The position numbers and the translations under genes were made by a program. This document shows positions 9,555-17,218 of a stretch of 24,189 nucleotides of DNA, piece by piece. The notes beneath the pieces were generated by a model. That model had not been told where the DNA came from, made no database searches, and saw nothing but the letters and a program-made list of their open reading frames with translations. Where the stretch lies: the IMG/VR virus record IMGVR_UViG_3300025267_000121, positions 1 to 24,189 of that record; one strand, written 5' to 3'. This DNA is from a virus. Taxonomy: Duplodnaviria; Caudoviricetes. How positions within the stretch are numbered: the stretch's first letter is position 1; each line of letters starts with the position of its first letter.

Positions 9555-9857
9555 ATGAGTGATTTGATGTCACAAATTCGGAATGATGATGCTGCAGGTG
9601 TAAAGAGTTCTATTGAAACGTCATTAAAATCAAAAGTCGCTGCAGCGATTGATGATCGTAAACAACAAGTCGCAGCGCAAGTCTTTAATTCTGACGATGA
9701 TGAAGAAGAACACCAAGACATCACAGAAGATAAAGACCATGCAGATGATGACGAAGAATGGGACGATAGTTCCTATAAATTTGACGATGATGATGAATAT
9801 GACCTCGATGAGGATGATGAATGGCTAGAAGGCGAAGCGATTGAGGATGGTGGATAA
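9555..9857 (+). CDS. gp67: Prohead core protein (T4 gp67-like)
   Basis: Helical N-half (LMSQIRNDDAAGVK...IDDRKQQVAAQVF) followed by a highly acidic tail, as in T4 gp67; AGGAGG RBS; upstream of gp21. Confidence 0.7.
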   Translation: MSDLMSQIRNDDAAGVKSSIETSLKSKVAAAIDDRKQQVAAQVFNSDDDEEEHQDITEDKDHADDDEEWDDSSYKFDDDDEYDLDEDDEWLEGEAIEDGG

Positions 9858-9880
9858 CACAACAAAGGAGTAGTATTCAC

Positions 9881-10525
9881 ATGAAACTAATTACCGAAGT
9901 TAATCACGATGTTGAATATGTGACTGAACAGAAAGATGGCAAAAATTCCTATTTCATCGAAGGAATCTTTTTGCAAGCCAATCTGAAAAATAGAAATGGC
10001 CGAGTCTATCCTCTTGAGGTACTGAAACGAGAAGTGGACAAGTACAATAAGGGTTATGTACAAGAAAAACGAGCATTTGGGGAACTTGGTCATCCAGATG
10101 GACCCACAATCAATCTTGAACGTGTGTCGCATATGATTACTGATTTGAAGCAAAGTGGTGAGAATTTTATTGGCAAAGCGAAAATTATGGAAACACCGTA
10201 CGGAAAAATTGTACAAAATTTGATCGATGAAGGGGCCAAATTAGGGGTCTCGTCACGTGGAATGGGATCATTAAAGATGGCAAAAGGCGTTCAACAAGTA
10301 CAGAATGACTTTTTTCTTTCGACAGCGGCAGATATTGTTGCTGATCCCTCTGCACCAGATGCGTTTGTGCAGGGTGTGATGGAAGGAAAAGAGTGGGTCT
10401 GGGAGAACGGCATTATCAAAGAAGCTGATGTCGCAGGTTATCAGACAACGATTGAAGATGCTTCAGCAAAAGAACTTGAAGCCGCAAAGTTGAAAGTTTT
10501 TGAAGATTTCATTTCTAAACTCTAA
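9881..10525 (+). CDS. gp21: Prohead protease (T4 gp21-like)
   Basis: MKLITE start, IEGIFLQA..KNRNGRVYP, GELGHP, GVSSRGMGSL, DIVADPSAPDAFV. Confidence 0.97.
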   Translation: MKLITEVNHDVEYVTEQKDGKNSYFIEGIFLQANLKNRNGRVYPLEVLKREVDKYNKGYVQEKRAFGELGHPDGPTINLERVSHMITDLKQSGENFIGKAKIMETPYGKIVQNLIDEGAKLGVSSRGMGSLKMAKGVQQVQNDFFLSTAADIVADPSAPDAFVQGVMEGKEWVWENGIIKEADVAGYQTTIEDASAKELEAAKLKVFEDFISKL

Positions 10526-10530
10526 AGTAT

Positions 10531-10538
10531 TATAAATA
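10531..10538 (+). promoter_or_regulatory. T4-type late promoter TATAAATA upstream of gp22-gp23
   Basis: Exact consensus in the gp21-gp22 intergenic region. Confidence 0.88.
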
Positions 10539-10597
10539 ATAACGTAAGATCCTTAAAACCCAAGCTTGGATCAAGTTAAGCACAAGGAGAAGTTCAA

Positions 10598-11899
10598 ATG
10601 GCTAAATTTGAAGATGTTTACCGAAAAATGGTTCAGGAACAAGCACAACCTGAAGCAGTTGAAGAAACTGCTGAAACCATTGTCGAAGAAGTAGAAGAAG
10701 CGGTGATTACAGAAGTAAAGAAAGAGTCTAAGGCAAAAGAAGAATTTCCGCCTAAAAAAGACGATGAAGAAGATGATGAGGACGAAAAGAAGAAGAAAAA
10801 TGGTGATGATGTAGAAGAAGATGACCATGAAGAAGATGATGAGGACGAAAAGAAGAAAAAGGACGATGATGAAGAAAAGGTAGAGAAAAAAGAATCTACG
10901 AAAAAAGAGTCCACCAAGAAAGAAGCAGTGAAGAAAGAAGCTGTAGCAAAAGAGAAGGTGGAAACGAAAGAAGCAGTGAAGAAAGAAAACGCTGATATTC
11001 CTCGGACCAAGAACGGGATTCTGAAAGCCGTGTATGGTAAGATGGAAGGCATTAAGAAAGAACATCTCGCCCAAGCATACAATGCAATTCTTGCTTCGTT
11101 TGATAAGATCAAAGAAGATGGTAAGAATGGTGATGATGAGAAAAAGAAGAAAGTGGACGTTGACGTAAAAGAACATATGTCTGCTCTTTTCCATGGCGAA
11201 GAGGAACTTTCCGAAGGGTTCAAAGAGAAAGCTGAAGTCATTTTTGAAGCAGCGGTTCGCTCGAAGATCGATTCCGAGATTGATCGACTTGAAACAGAAT
11301 ACTCAACTGAGTTGAATGATGCTATGCAACAATCAACGGAAGAGTTGACTGAGAAAGTTGACCAATATCTTGATTATGTCGTATCTGAGTGGATGAAAGA
11401 TAATGAAGTTGCCGTGGAACGTGGCGTAAAGTCAGAGTTGACGGAAGATTTCATTAAAGGTTTGAAGAATCTCTTTACTGACCACTACATTGAAGTGCCA
11501 GAAAACAAAGAGGATGTTCTTGCCGGGTTTGCTGATAAATGTCAAGACCTCGAAAACAAACTCAATGAACAAATCAAAAAGAATACTGAAATGAAACAAG
11601 AGTTAAACGAATCCCGGAAGGCTGAAATCCTTAGGGATGTGTCTGACGGGCTTGCCGAAACCGAAGTTGAGAAACTTCGTGGACTGAGCAAGAGCATACA
11701 GTATGATTCTGATGCCCAATATCGTGACCAACTTTCAGTTGTGAAGGAAAACTATTTCCCGAAACAAACTGTGGCGGTTGCTGATACGGCGGCAGAAGAA
11801 GCTAGTGGAAATGACACACATGCCGAAATGCCATCATCGATGGCACGTTATGCGAGTTCAATTAGAACTATGACATCACAAGACATTTATGAAAACTAA
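10598..11899 (+). CDS. gp22: Prohead core scaffold protein (T4 gp22-like)
   Basis: LSEGFKEKAEVIFEAAV, VDQYLDYVVSEWM..NEVAVERG, GLKNLFTDHYIEVP; lies between gp21 and gp23. Confidence 0.93.
   Translation: MAKFEDVYRKMVQEQAQPEAVEETAETIVEEVEEAVITEVKKESKAKEEFPPKKDDEEDDEDEKKKKNGDDVEEDDHEEDDEDEKKKKDDDEEKVEKKESTKKESTKKEAVKKEAVAKEKVETKEAVKKENADIPRTKNGILKAVYGKMEGIKKEHLAQAYNAILASFDKIKEDGKNGDDEKKKKVDVDVKEHMSALFHGEEELSEGFKEKAEVIFEAAVRSKIDSEIDRLETEYSTELNDAMQQSTEELTEKVDQYLDYVVSEWMKDNEVAVERGVKSELTEDFIKGLKNLFTDHYIEVPENKEDVLAGFADKCQDLENKLNEQIKKNTEMKQELNESRKAEILRDVSDGLAETEVEKLRGLSKSIQYDSDAQYRDQLSVVKENYFPKQTVAVADTAAEEASGNDTHAEMPSSMARYASSIRTMTSQDIYEN
10764..10857 (+). repeat. 31-nt exact direct repeat with 63-nt period inside gp22 (10764-10794, 10827-10857)
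   Basis: ATGAAGAAGATGATGAGGACGAAAAGAAGAA occurs twice, encoding EEDDEDEKKK; followed by KKEST/KKEAV pentapeptide repeats. Confidence 0.85.
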
Positions 11900-11933
11900 G
11901 TGAGTTAGCTAACATTTAAAGGAGTGAAAACAA

Positions 11934-13175
11934 ATGTATTTATCAGAAAATTTACAAAAAAAGTGGAGTCCTATTCTCAACCATGAGGATCTCCCGAAAA
12001 TCGATAACAACTATCGGAAAGCAGTTACTTCGGTATTGTTAGAGAATCAAGAAAAGTCCCTGATGGAGGCGGCACCTGCAAATAGTACTGCTGACGTCAG
12101 TAATTGGGATCCTGTTTTGATTTCTCTCGTCCGTCGTGCGATGCCACAACTTATCGCTTATGATGTGTGTGGTGTGCAACCGATGACTGGCCCAACTGGG
12201 TTGATCTTTGCGTTGAAATCACATTATGAAGATACGAGTGGAAAGCCTGAGGCGTTGTTTGATGAAGCCGATACTGATTATTCTGGTACGACTCCAGCGC
12301 ATGCCCAAACTGATCCTCACCATGGTTCATATGCCACAGGTGCTGGGATGACCACGGCTGATGGGGAAGCGAAAGGTGATGGGACTGGGTCGCCAGCTAA
12401 TCACTTTGGACAAATGTCGATTTCAATTGCTAAGACTACCGTTACGGCCAAAAGTCGTGCGTTGAAAGCTGAATATTCAATCGAATTGGCGCAAGACATG
12501 AAGGCGATTCATGGTCTTGATGCTGAGACTGAGTTGGCGAATATTCTGTCGGCTGAAATCTTGGCTGAAATCAATCGTGAAGTGATTCGTACCATTTATG
12601 CGGCTGCCAAACCTGGTTGCCAAACAGGTACAGGCGTTGAGGGAACGAATGTGGCCACAGCGGGCACGTTTGACCTTGATACTGATTCTAATGGTCGTTG
12701 GGCTGTTGAGAAATTCAAAGGTCTGATGTATCATATTGAACGTGAGTGTAACATTATTGCGAAGTTGACTCGTAGGGGCAAAGGTAACCTTGTTATCTGT
12801 TCCAGCGATGTGGCTTCTGCGATGGCCATGGCAGGGACGCTTGACTACAACTCTGGTCTTTCTGGTGGGTTGAATGTTGACGAGACTGCCAACACTTATG
12901 CTGGTACCTTGAATGGTAAAATCAAAGTGTACGTTGATCCATATGCGACTAATCAACACGTTTGTGTTGGGTATCGTGGAACGAGTCCGTATGATGCGGG
13001 CGTGTTCTATTGCCCATACGTGCCGTTGCAGATGGTTCGTGCAGTTGGTGAGAACACCTTCCAGCCGAAAATCGGATTCAAAACCCGCTACGGCATGGTT
13101 GCCAATCCATATACGGTGTTGACTGCTGACAGCAACGTGTACTACAGGTTGTTCAAAGTCACGAATTTGATGTAA
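11934..13175 (+). CDS. gp23: Major capsid protein (T4 gp23-like)
   Basis: LISLVRRAMPQLIAYDVCGVQPMTGPTGLIFA, AKSRALKAEYSIELAQD, YCPYVPLQM, FQPKIGFKTRYG. Confidence 0.98.
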   Translation: MYLSENLQKKWSPILNHEDLPKIDNNYRKAVTSVLLENQEKSLMEAAPANSTADVSNWDPVLISLVRRAMPQLIAYDVCGVQPMTGPTGLIFALKSHYEDTSGKPEALFDEADTDYSGTTPAHAQTDPHHGSYATGAGMTTADGEAKGDGTGSPANHFGQMSISIAKTTVTAKSRALKAEYSIELAQDMKAIHGLDAETELANILSAEILAEINREVIRTIYAAAKPGCQTGTGVEGTNVATAGTFDLDTDSNGRWAVEKFKGLMYHIERECNIIAKLTRRGKGNLVICSSDVASAMAMAGTLDYNSGLSGGLNVDETANTYAGTLNGKIKVYVDPYATNQHVCVGYRGTSPYDAGVFYCPYVPLQMVRAVGENTFQPKIGFKTRYGMVANPYTVLTADSNVYYRLFKVTNLM

Positions 13176-13212
13176 TTATCAGTATTCGATTGACTAAAGA
13201 AGTGAAAGAAAG

Positions 13213-13244
13213 AGGGGAGTAGGGTAACCTGCTCCCCTTTTTTT
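13213..13244 (+). terminator. Rho-independent terminator after gp23
   Basis: AGGGGAGTAGG-GTAA-CCTGCTCCCCT stem (one G-U pair, GNRA loop) followed by a T tract. Confidence 0.92.
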
Positions 13245-13248
13245 ATTC

Positions 13249-13256
13249 TATAAATA
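13249..13256 (+). promoter_or_regulatory. T4-type late promoter TATAAATA upstream of gp3
   Basis: Exact consensus directly after the gp23 terminator; GAGGAGG RBS follows. Confidence 0.9.
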
Positions 13257-13275
13257 GTACTAGAGGAGGAATGTT

Positions 13276-13851
13276 ATGAGTACTGTTACGAATCAACCTG
13301 CAAATTTAAACTTGTTGTCTCCCGTTGCGTTTCGGTTTAGTTTAAAAGATATACCCCATGTCAATTTCTTTTGTCAATCGGCACAAATTCCAAGTGTCTC
13401 ATTGGGGGAAGTCCCGATTCAGACACCATTGGCTCCTGTGTATCGTGCGGGAGATATGACATATGATGCCCTTGTAGTTGGATTTGTGGTGGATGAGGAT
13501 CTCAAGAATTATCTGGAAATCTATAATTGGATTAAGGGATTGGGACATCCATCAGATTTCCAAGAATATCGGGATTTTCGTGCTGGCACAAGAGAGGTTC
13601 CAAAAAGTCCAAACTTTGTTTCAAACGCATCTTCCACATCTGAATATGTGGACTCAAATCGAAGATTATCAGATGCCACGTTAACGGTGCTAACGAACAA
13701 ATTGAATGGAAACATCCAAGTAAATTTTAAGGATTGTTTTCCCGTTTCGTTAGGTTCCATAGACTTTGACTTGACAAATGCTGATATTTCGTCTATAGTA
13801 GTAAGTGTATCTTTTCGATATACGAGTTTTTCATTTGAGACTACGGTGTAA
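13276..13851 (+). CDS. gp3: Tail completion / tube terminator protein (T4 gp3-like)
   Basis: N.LSP..FRF....P.V.FFCQSA.IP, F.VDEDL.NYLEIYNW, SDATL, FKDCFP.SLG.I.FD; gp23-gp3-uvsY-uvsW synteny. Confidence 0.88.
   Translation: MSTVTNQPANLNLLSPVAFRFSLKDIPHVNFFCQSAQIPSVSLGEVPIQTPLAPVYRAGDMTYDALVVGFVVDEDLKNYLEIYNWIKGLGHPSDFQEYRDFRAGTREVPKSPNFVSNASSTSEYVDSNRRLSDATLTVLTNKLNGNIQVNFKDCFPVSLGSIDFDLTNADISSIVVSVSFRYTSFSFETTV
13771..13799 (+). promoter_or_regulatory. Sigma70-type early/middle promoter TTGACA-N17-TATAGT inside the 3' end of gp3
   Basis: -35 TTGACA at 13771-13776, 17-nt spacer, -10 TATAGT at 13794-13799; located at the boundary between late and recombination genes. Confidence 0.75.
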
Positions 13852-13860
13852 GGAGGAAGT

Positions 13861-14175
13861 ATGCCAAACATTACTGATGATGAATTGATGGCACTCAAAT
13901 CAAAAGTGGCAGACTATGAAATGCGTCTGTATGACCTTGGGTGTGATGTTCAAAATCCATCAGAGGATTCTGATGTGGATAGATTTCGCACGTTGGCGGT
14001 AGAACGTGATTTGGCGAAATCGTTATTAGAGACACAAGCTGTTCATCAAACAAAAGTGATTGAAGAAGCGGTGCAATTCTATTTTGCGATGAGTACCATG
14101 TTGGATAGTTTCGGAAAACGATTACGAAAGTTGACCGAACAAGTAGAGTTGAAATCGAATAATGAAACTGACTGA
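13861..14175 (+). CDS. Hypothetical protein, probably helical/coiled-coil
   Basis: 104-aa ORF with a strong AAGGAGG RBS; no recognisable motif. Confidence 0.65.
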   Translation: MPNITDDELMALKSKVADYEMRLYDLGCDVQNPSEDSDVDRFRTLAVERDLAKSLLETQAVHQTKVIEEAVQFYFAMSTMLDSFGKRLRKLTEQVELKSNNETD

Positions 14176-14590
14176 TATACAACAAATGACCGAACAGGAT
14201 ATGGCGATTGATGACCTCGAATTAGATCGAGCTTCATTAGATACGCCACAACTGCATAACAAATATTTGCAGTTATATACGCAAGAAGCCTTGACGTTTC
14301 GCAAGATTGATTCAGATTTTAAACGTGTCTATAAAAGTAAGTGGGAATATTATACAGGAAAAGCAGATCCAGAAGTGTATAAAGTGAACCCATTCGATTT
14401 GAAGATTCTGAAACAGGATGTGCATATGTATCTTGACGCTGATCCTGAGTTAGATAAACTTCAAAGTAAATTGATTTATCAAAAAGAAAAGATCAATTAC
14501 TTGGAGAATATTTTGAAAAGTCTTAACAGTCGGACATTTCATATTAAGAACGCCATTGAATGGAAGAAGTTTACTCATGGCACGATCTGA
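14162..14590 (+). CDS. uvsY: Recombination mediator UvsY
   Basis: D..IDD.ELD..SL..P.LH.KY, KWEYYTGKA, YLDAD, R.F.IKNAIEW.KF. Confidence 0.93.
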   Translation: MKLTDIQQMTEQDMAIDDLELDRASLDTPQLHNKYLQLYTQEALTFRKIDSDFKRVYKSKWEYYTGKADPEVYKVNPFDLKILKQDVHMYLDADPELDKLQSKLIYQKEKINYLENILKSLNSRTFHIKNAIEWKKFTHGTI

Positions 14591-16079
14591 TGGAATTCTT
14601 GTGGTCACTCATTATAATGATGTCTATGTGCATATTGAATGTGACCGTGGCACGGCACAAGAATTATCAGACTACTTTACCTTCCGTGTACCAGGATGTC
14701 ACTTCATGCCATCCTATAAAAATAAAATGTGGGACGGTAATATTCGATTGTTTTCAACTCAAACCCATCTTGTGTATGCGGGGTTGGTTGAGTACATTAA
14801 ACAATTTGCAACTGAACGAAAATATACCGTTGTTGAACAAAAGAAAAATGAGATTGTTGCAACAGATGAAGAACTGAAAGCGTTTTTATCGAAGTTTAAA
14901 CCAAAGAGTCAAGGGAAACAGTTAACGATTCGTGATTATCAACAGAAAGGATTTTTACGAGCCATTAAAGATCGCCGATGTGTTTTAGTCTCGCCGACAG
15001 CATCAGGAAAAAGTTTGATTATCTATATGCTGATTTCTTTTTTACTGAACTCGGCATCACGGGCAACGTTTCCTTTGAAGAAAAAAATTTTGATTGTGGT
15101 CCCAACAACGAACCTTGTTGAACAGATGTATAGTGACTTTGCTGACTATGGAATGAATGTGAAAAAAGATTGTCAACGTGTGTATCAAGGCCATTCACGC
15201 ACATTGAGTAAACGAGTTGTGATCTCAACATGGCAATCCATCTATCGTCAACCACGTAAGTTTTTTGATTCGTTCTATGGGGTAATTGGTGATGAGGCGC
15301 ATGGGTTCAAGTCACAATCGTTGACCTCGATTATGACGAAACTTGAAACATGCCCTTATCGTATTGGCACGACAGGCACACTTGATGACTCGAATATTCA
15401 TCAACTTGTCCTTGAAGGATTGTTTGGACCAGTAGATAAGATTACGACAACAAAAGAGTTGATGGAGAAAGAATCATTAGCGACACTAACCATCTCTTGT
15501 CTTGTTTTGAAGTATGCGAAAAAAGATTGTTATGAAGTGAAATCGATGCCCTACCATGAAGAACTTGAATTTATTGTTGGGCATGTGAAACGGAATCGAG
15601 TGATACAGAATTTGGCATTGAAACTTGAAGGGAACACATTAGTTCTCTTTAAGTTGGTAGAGAAACACGGAAAGAATCTCTATCAAATGATTCGTGAGAA
15701 AGCGAAAAAGAATCGCAAAGTCTTTTTCATTTCTGGTAAAACGGCTGTAGAAGATCGAGAGGCGATTCGTCATATTACGGAGAAACAAAAGAATGCTATT
15801 ATTGTAGCATCATATGGAACCTTTTCGACAGGAGTGAATATTCGTAATTTACATAACATTGTCTTTGCGTCACCATCGAAAAGTCGCATACGCACCTTAC
15901 AAAGTATTGGTCGGGGGTTGCGTTTAGCAAAGGAAAAAACATTTGCTCAGTTGTATGACGTTGTTGATAATTTAGAATACGGCCGACGGAAGAATTATAC
16001 ACTCAATCATTTTCTTGAACGGTTGAAACTGTATAATGAGGAGCAGTTTGATTATACGATCCATAATATTGACCTATAA
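14577..16079 (+). CDS. uvsW: UvsW SF2 DNA/RNA-DNA helicase
   Basis: WDG.IRLF, RDYQ, SPTASGKS, DEAH, GTTGT, YGTFSTGVNI, LQSIGRGLR. The ATG at 14577 is preferred over the TTG at 14556. Confidence 0.96.
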   Translation: MARSDGILVVTHYNDVYVHIECDRGTAQELSDYFTFRVPGCHFMPSYKNKMWDGNIRLFSTQTHLVYAGLVEYIKQFATERKYTVVEQKKNEIVATDEELKAFLSKFKPKSQGKQLTIRDYQQKGFLRAIKDRRCVLVSPTASGKSLIIYMLISFLLNSASRATFPLKKKILIVVPTTNLVEQMYSDFADYGMNVKKDCQRVYQGHSRTLSKRVVISTWQSIYRQPRKFFDSFYGVIGDEAHGFKSQSLTSIMTKLETCPYRIGTTGTLDDSNIHQLVLEGLFGPVDKITTTKELMEKESLATLTISCLVLKYAKKDCYEVKSMPYHEELEFIVGHVKRNRVIQNLALKLEGNTLVLFKLVEKHGKNLYQMIREKAKKNRKVFFISGKTAVEDREAIRHITEKQKNAIIVASYGTFSTGVNIRNLHNIVFASPSKSRIRTLQSIGRGLRLAKEKTFAQLYDVVDNLEYGRRKNYTLNHFLERLKLYNEEQFDYTIHNIDL

Positions 16080-16093
16080 TCGAAAGGGTTTCG

Positions 16094-16486
16094 ATGATTA
16101 CACGGATCACGAACAATCCGAAGACACGAAAACCGAAGCGACCGTTTTATCCAACGCTCTATCAGGTGAAGCATTGGTTCACGGTACTAAATAAAAAGAT
16201 ATTCAATAATAAATTACATCATTTTTCAACCATAGAAATTGGTAGAACAAAAGTTGATGGTGATGAAGTCTGGGCGTATATTGAACAACGGGAAGAAGAA
16301 TATTTTCTCCGTATTTCCAATAAACATCCCAACTTTGTGTTTTTTCTAAGTGTGTTGGGCCATGAGATGGTGCATATGTACCAGATGGAATATATTGATG
16401 GTGATTCTGGGCTTCACAATGAAGCATTTTATCAATGGAAAGACAAATTTACTAAACATGGGTTAGTCTTGAAAGCATTAATGTGA
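16094..16486 (+). CDS. SprT-like zinc metalloprotease
   Basis: F..LN..IF.NKL N-terminal segment, LGHEMVH (HExxH) and a downstream H...F..W motif. Confidence 0.75.
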   Translation: MITRITNNPKTRKPKRPFYPTLYQVKHWFTVLNKKIFNNKLHHFSTIEIGRTKVDGDEVWAYIEQREEEYFLRISNKHPNFVFFLSVLGHEMVHMYQMEYIDGDSGLHNEAFYQWKDKFTKHGLVLKALM

Positions 16487-16493
16487 GGGTGTT

Positions 16494-17174
16494 ATGAAAC
16501 TGTTTCTTGACACATCAGATGTAGATGAAATTCGTAAACATTATGACACAGGGTTGATTAGCGGGGTGACCACCAACCCGTCATTGATTTTGAAATCGGG
16601 TGGCGACCCACATGAGACCTTAACAGAGATCAGTCGCATCTTTCCAGATGATGCCAGTATTAGTGCAGAAGTGGTTGCTGATACATGGCATGAGATGATC
16701 TCACAGGCACAAGAATATGAAAATATAGGGAAGAATATTACGATCAAAGTGCCGTGTACAAAAGAAGGATTGAAAGCGTGTTTTGTGTTACGGTCAAAAA
16801 AGGTTCCCGTCAATGTGACGTTGGTCTTTTCTGTTTCACAAGCGATCTTGGCTGCTCGAGCTCATGCGACCTACATTTCTCCCTTTGTTGGACGAGTTGA
16901 TGACCAGCGATTGGATGGAATCGGATTAGTGGAACGCATATCACAAGTATATCAGAAACATAAAGTCTATTGGGAAACATCCATCTTGGCAGCGTCTATT
17001 CGTACTGTTGAAGATGTTGAGTTGTCGTTTCGAGCGGGGGCTGATGTGGTGACGATGCCTCCGAAAATCTTTGAAGGAATGTATCAACACATGCTGACTG
17101 ATAAAGGTGTTGAGTTATTTAATCATGACTGGAATCAGGTAGCTAGCACTCATGTCAAAAGAGGACAGAGCTAG
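16494..17174 (+). CDS. talC: Transaldolase (TalC/MipB-type), auxiliary metabolic gene
   Basis: FLDT, GVTTNPSLI, SAEV, Schiff-base Lys in IKVP, NVTLVFS, YISPFVGR.DD, LAASIR, H.LTDKG..F..DW. Confidence 0.93.
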   Translation: MKLFLDTSDVDEIRKHYDTGLISGVTTNPSLILKSGGDPHETLTEISRIFPDDASISAEVVADTWHEMISQAQEYENIGKNITIKVPCTKEGLKACFVLRSKKVPVNVTLVFSVSQAILAARAHATYISPFVGRVDDQRLDGIGLVERISQVYQKHKVYWETSILAASIRTVEDVELSFRAGADVVTMPPKIFEGMYQHMLTDKGVELFNHDWNQVASTHVKRGQS

Positions 17175-17200
17175 TATAACACGATTTTTTACAAAGTCAA
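17173..17200 (-). promoter_or_regulatory. Minus-strand sigma70-type promoter TTGACT-N16-TATACT with extended -10 TG, flanked by 7-bp inverted repeats
   Basis: The reverse complement reads TTGACTttgtaaaaaatcgTGtTATACT; flanks are CAGAGCT (17166-17172) and AGCTCTG (17200-17206). Confidence 0.6.
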
Positions 17201-17218
17201 GCTCTGAGGTGAAAAAAT

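Noticed and set aside
10571-11241. Two long minus-strand ORFs (207 and 202 aa) rich in Phe/Ser
   Set aside because: They are antisense shadows of the GAA/AAG/GAT low-complexity region of gp22, with no independent coding signal.
13176-13275. Missing gp24 vertex gene after gp23
   Set aside because: gp23 followed closely by gp3-uvsY-uvsW is a usual layout in cyanophage-like T4 relatives, so the absence here is not novel.
14556-14576. TTG start for uvsW given in the ORF track
   Set aside because: It overlaps uvsY more deeply; the in-frame ATG at 14577 is preceded by a purine-rich GGAAG and is more plausible.
2534-16079. Introns, inteins or homing endonucleases in gp17, gp20, gp23 or uvsW
   Set aside because: All are uninterrupted, of ordinary length, and show no splicing or endonuclease motifs.
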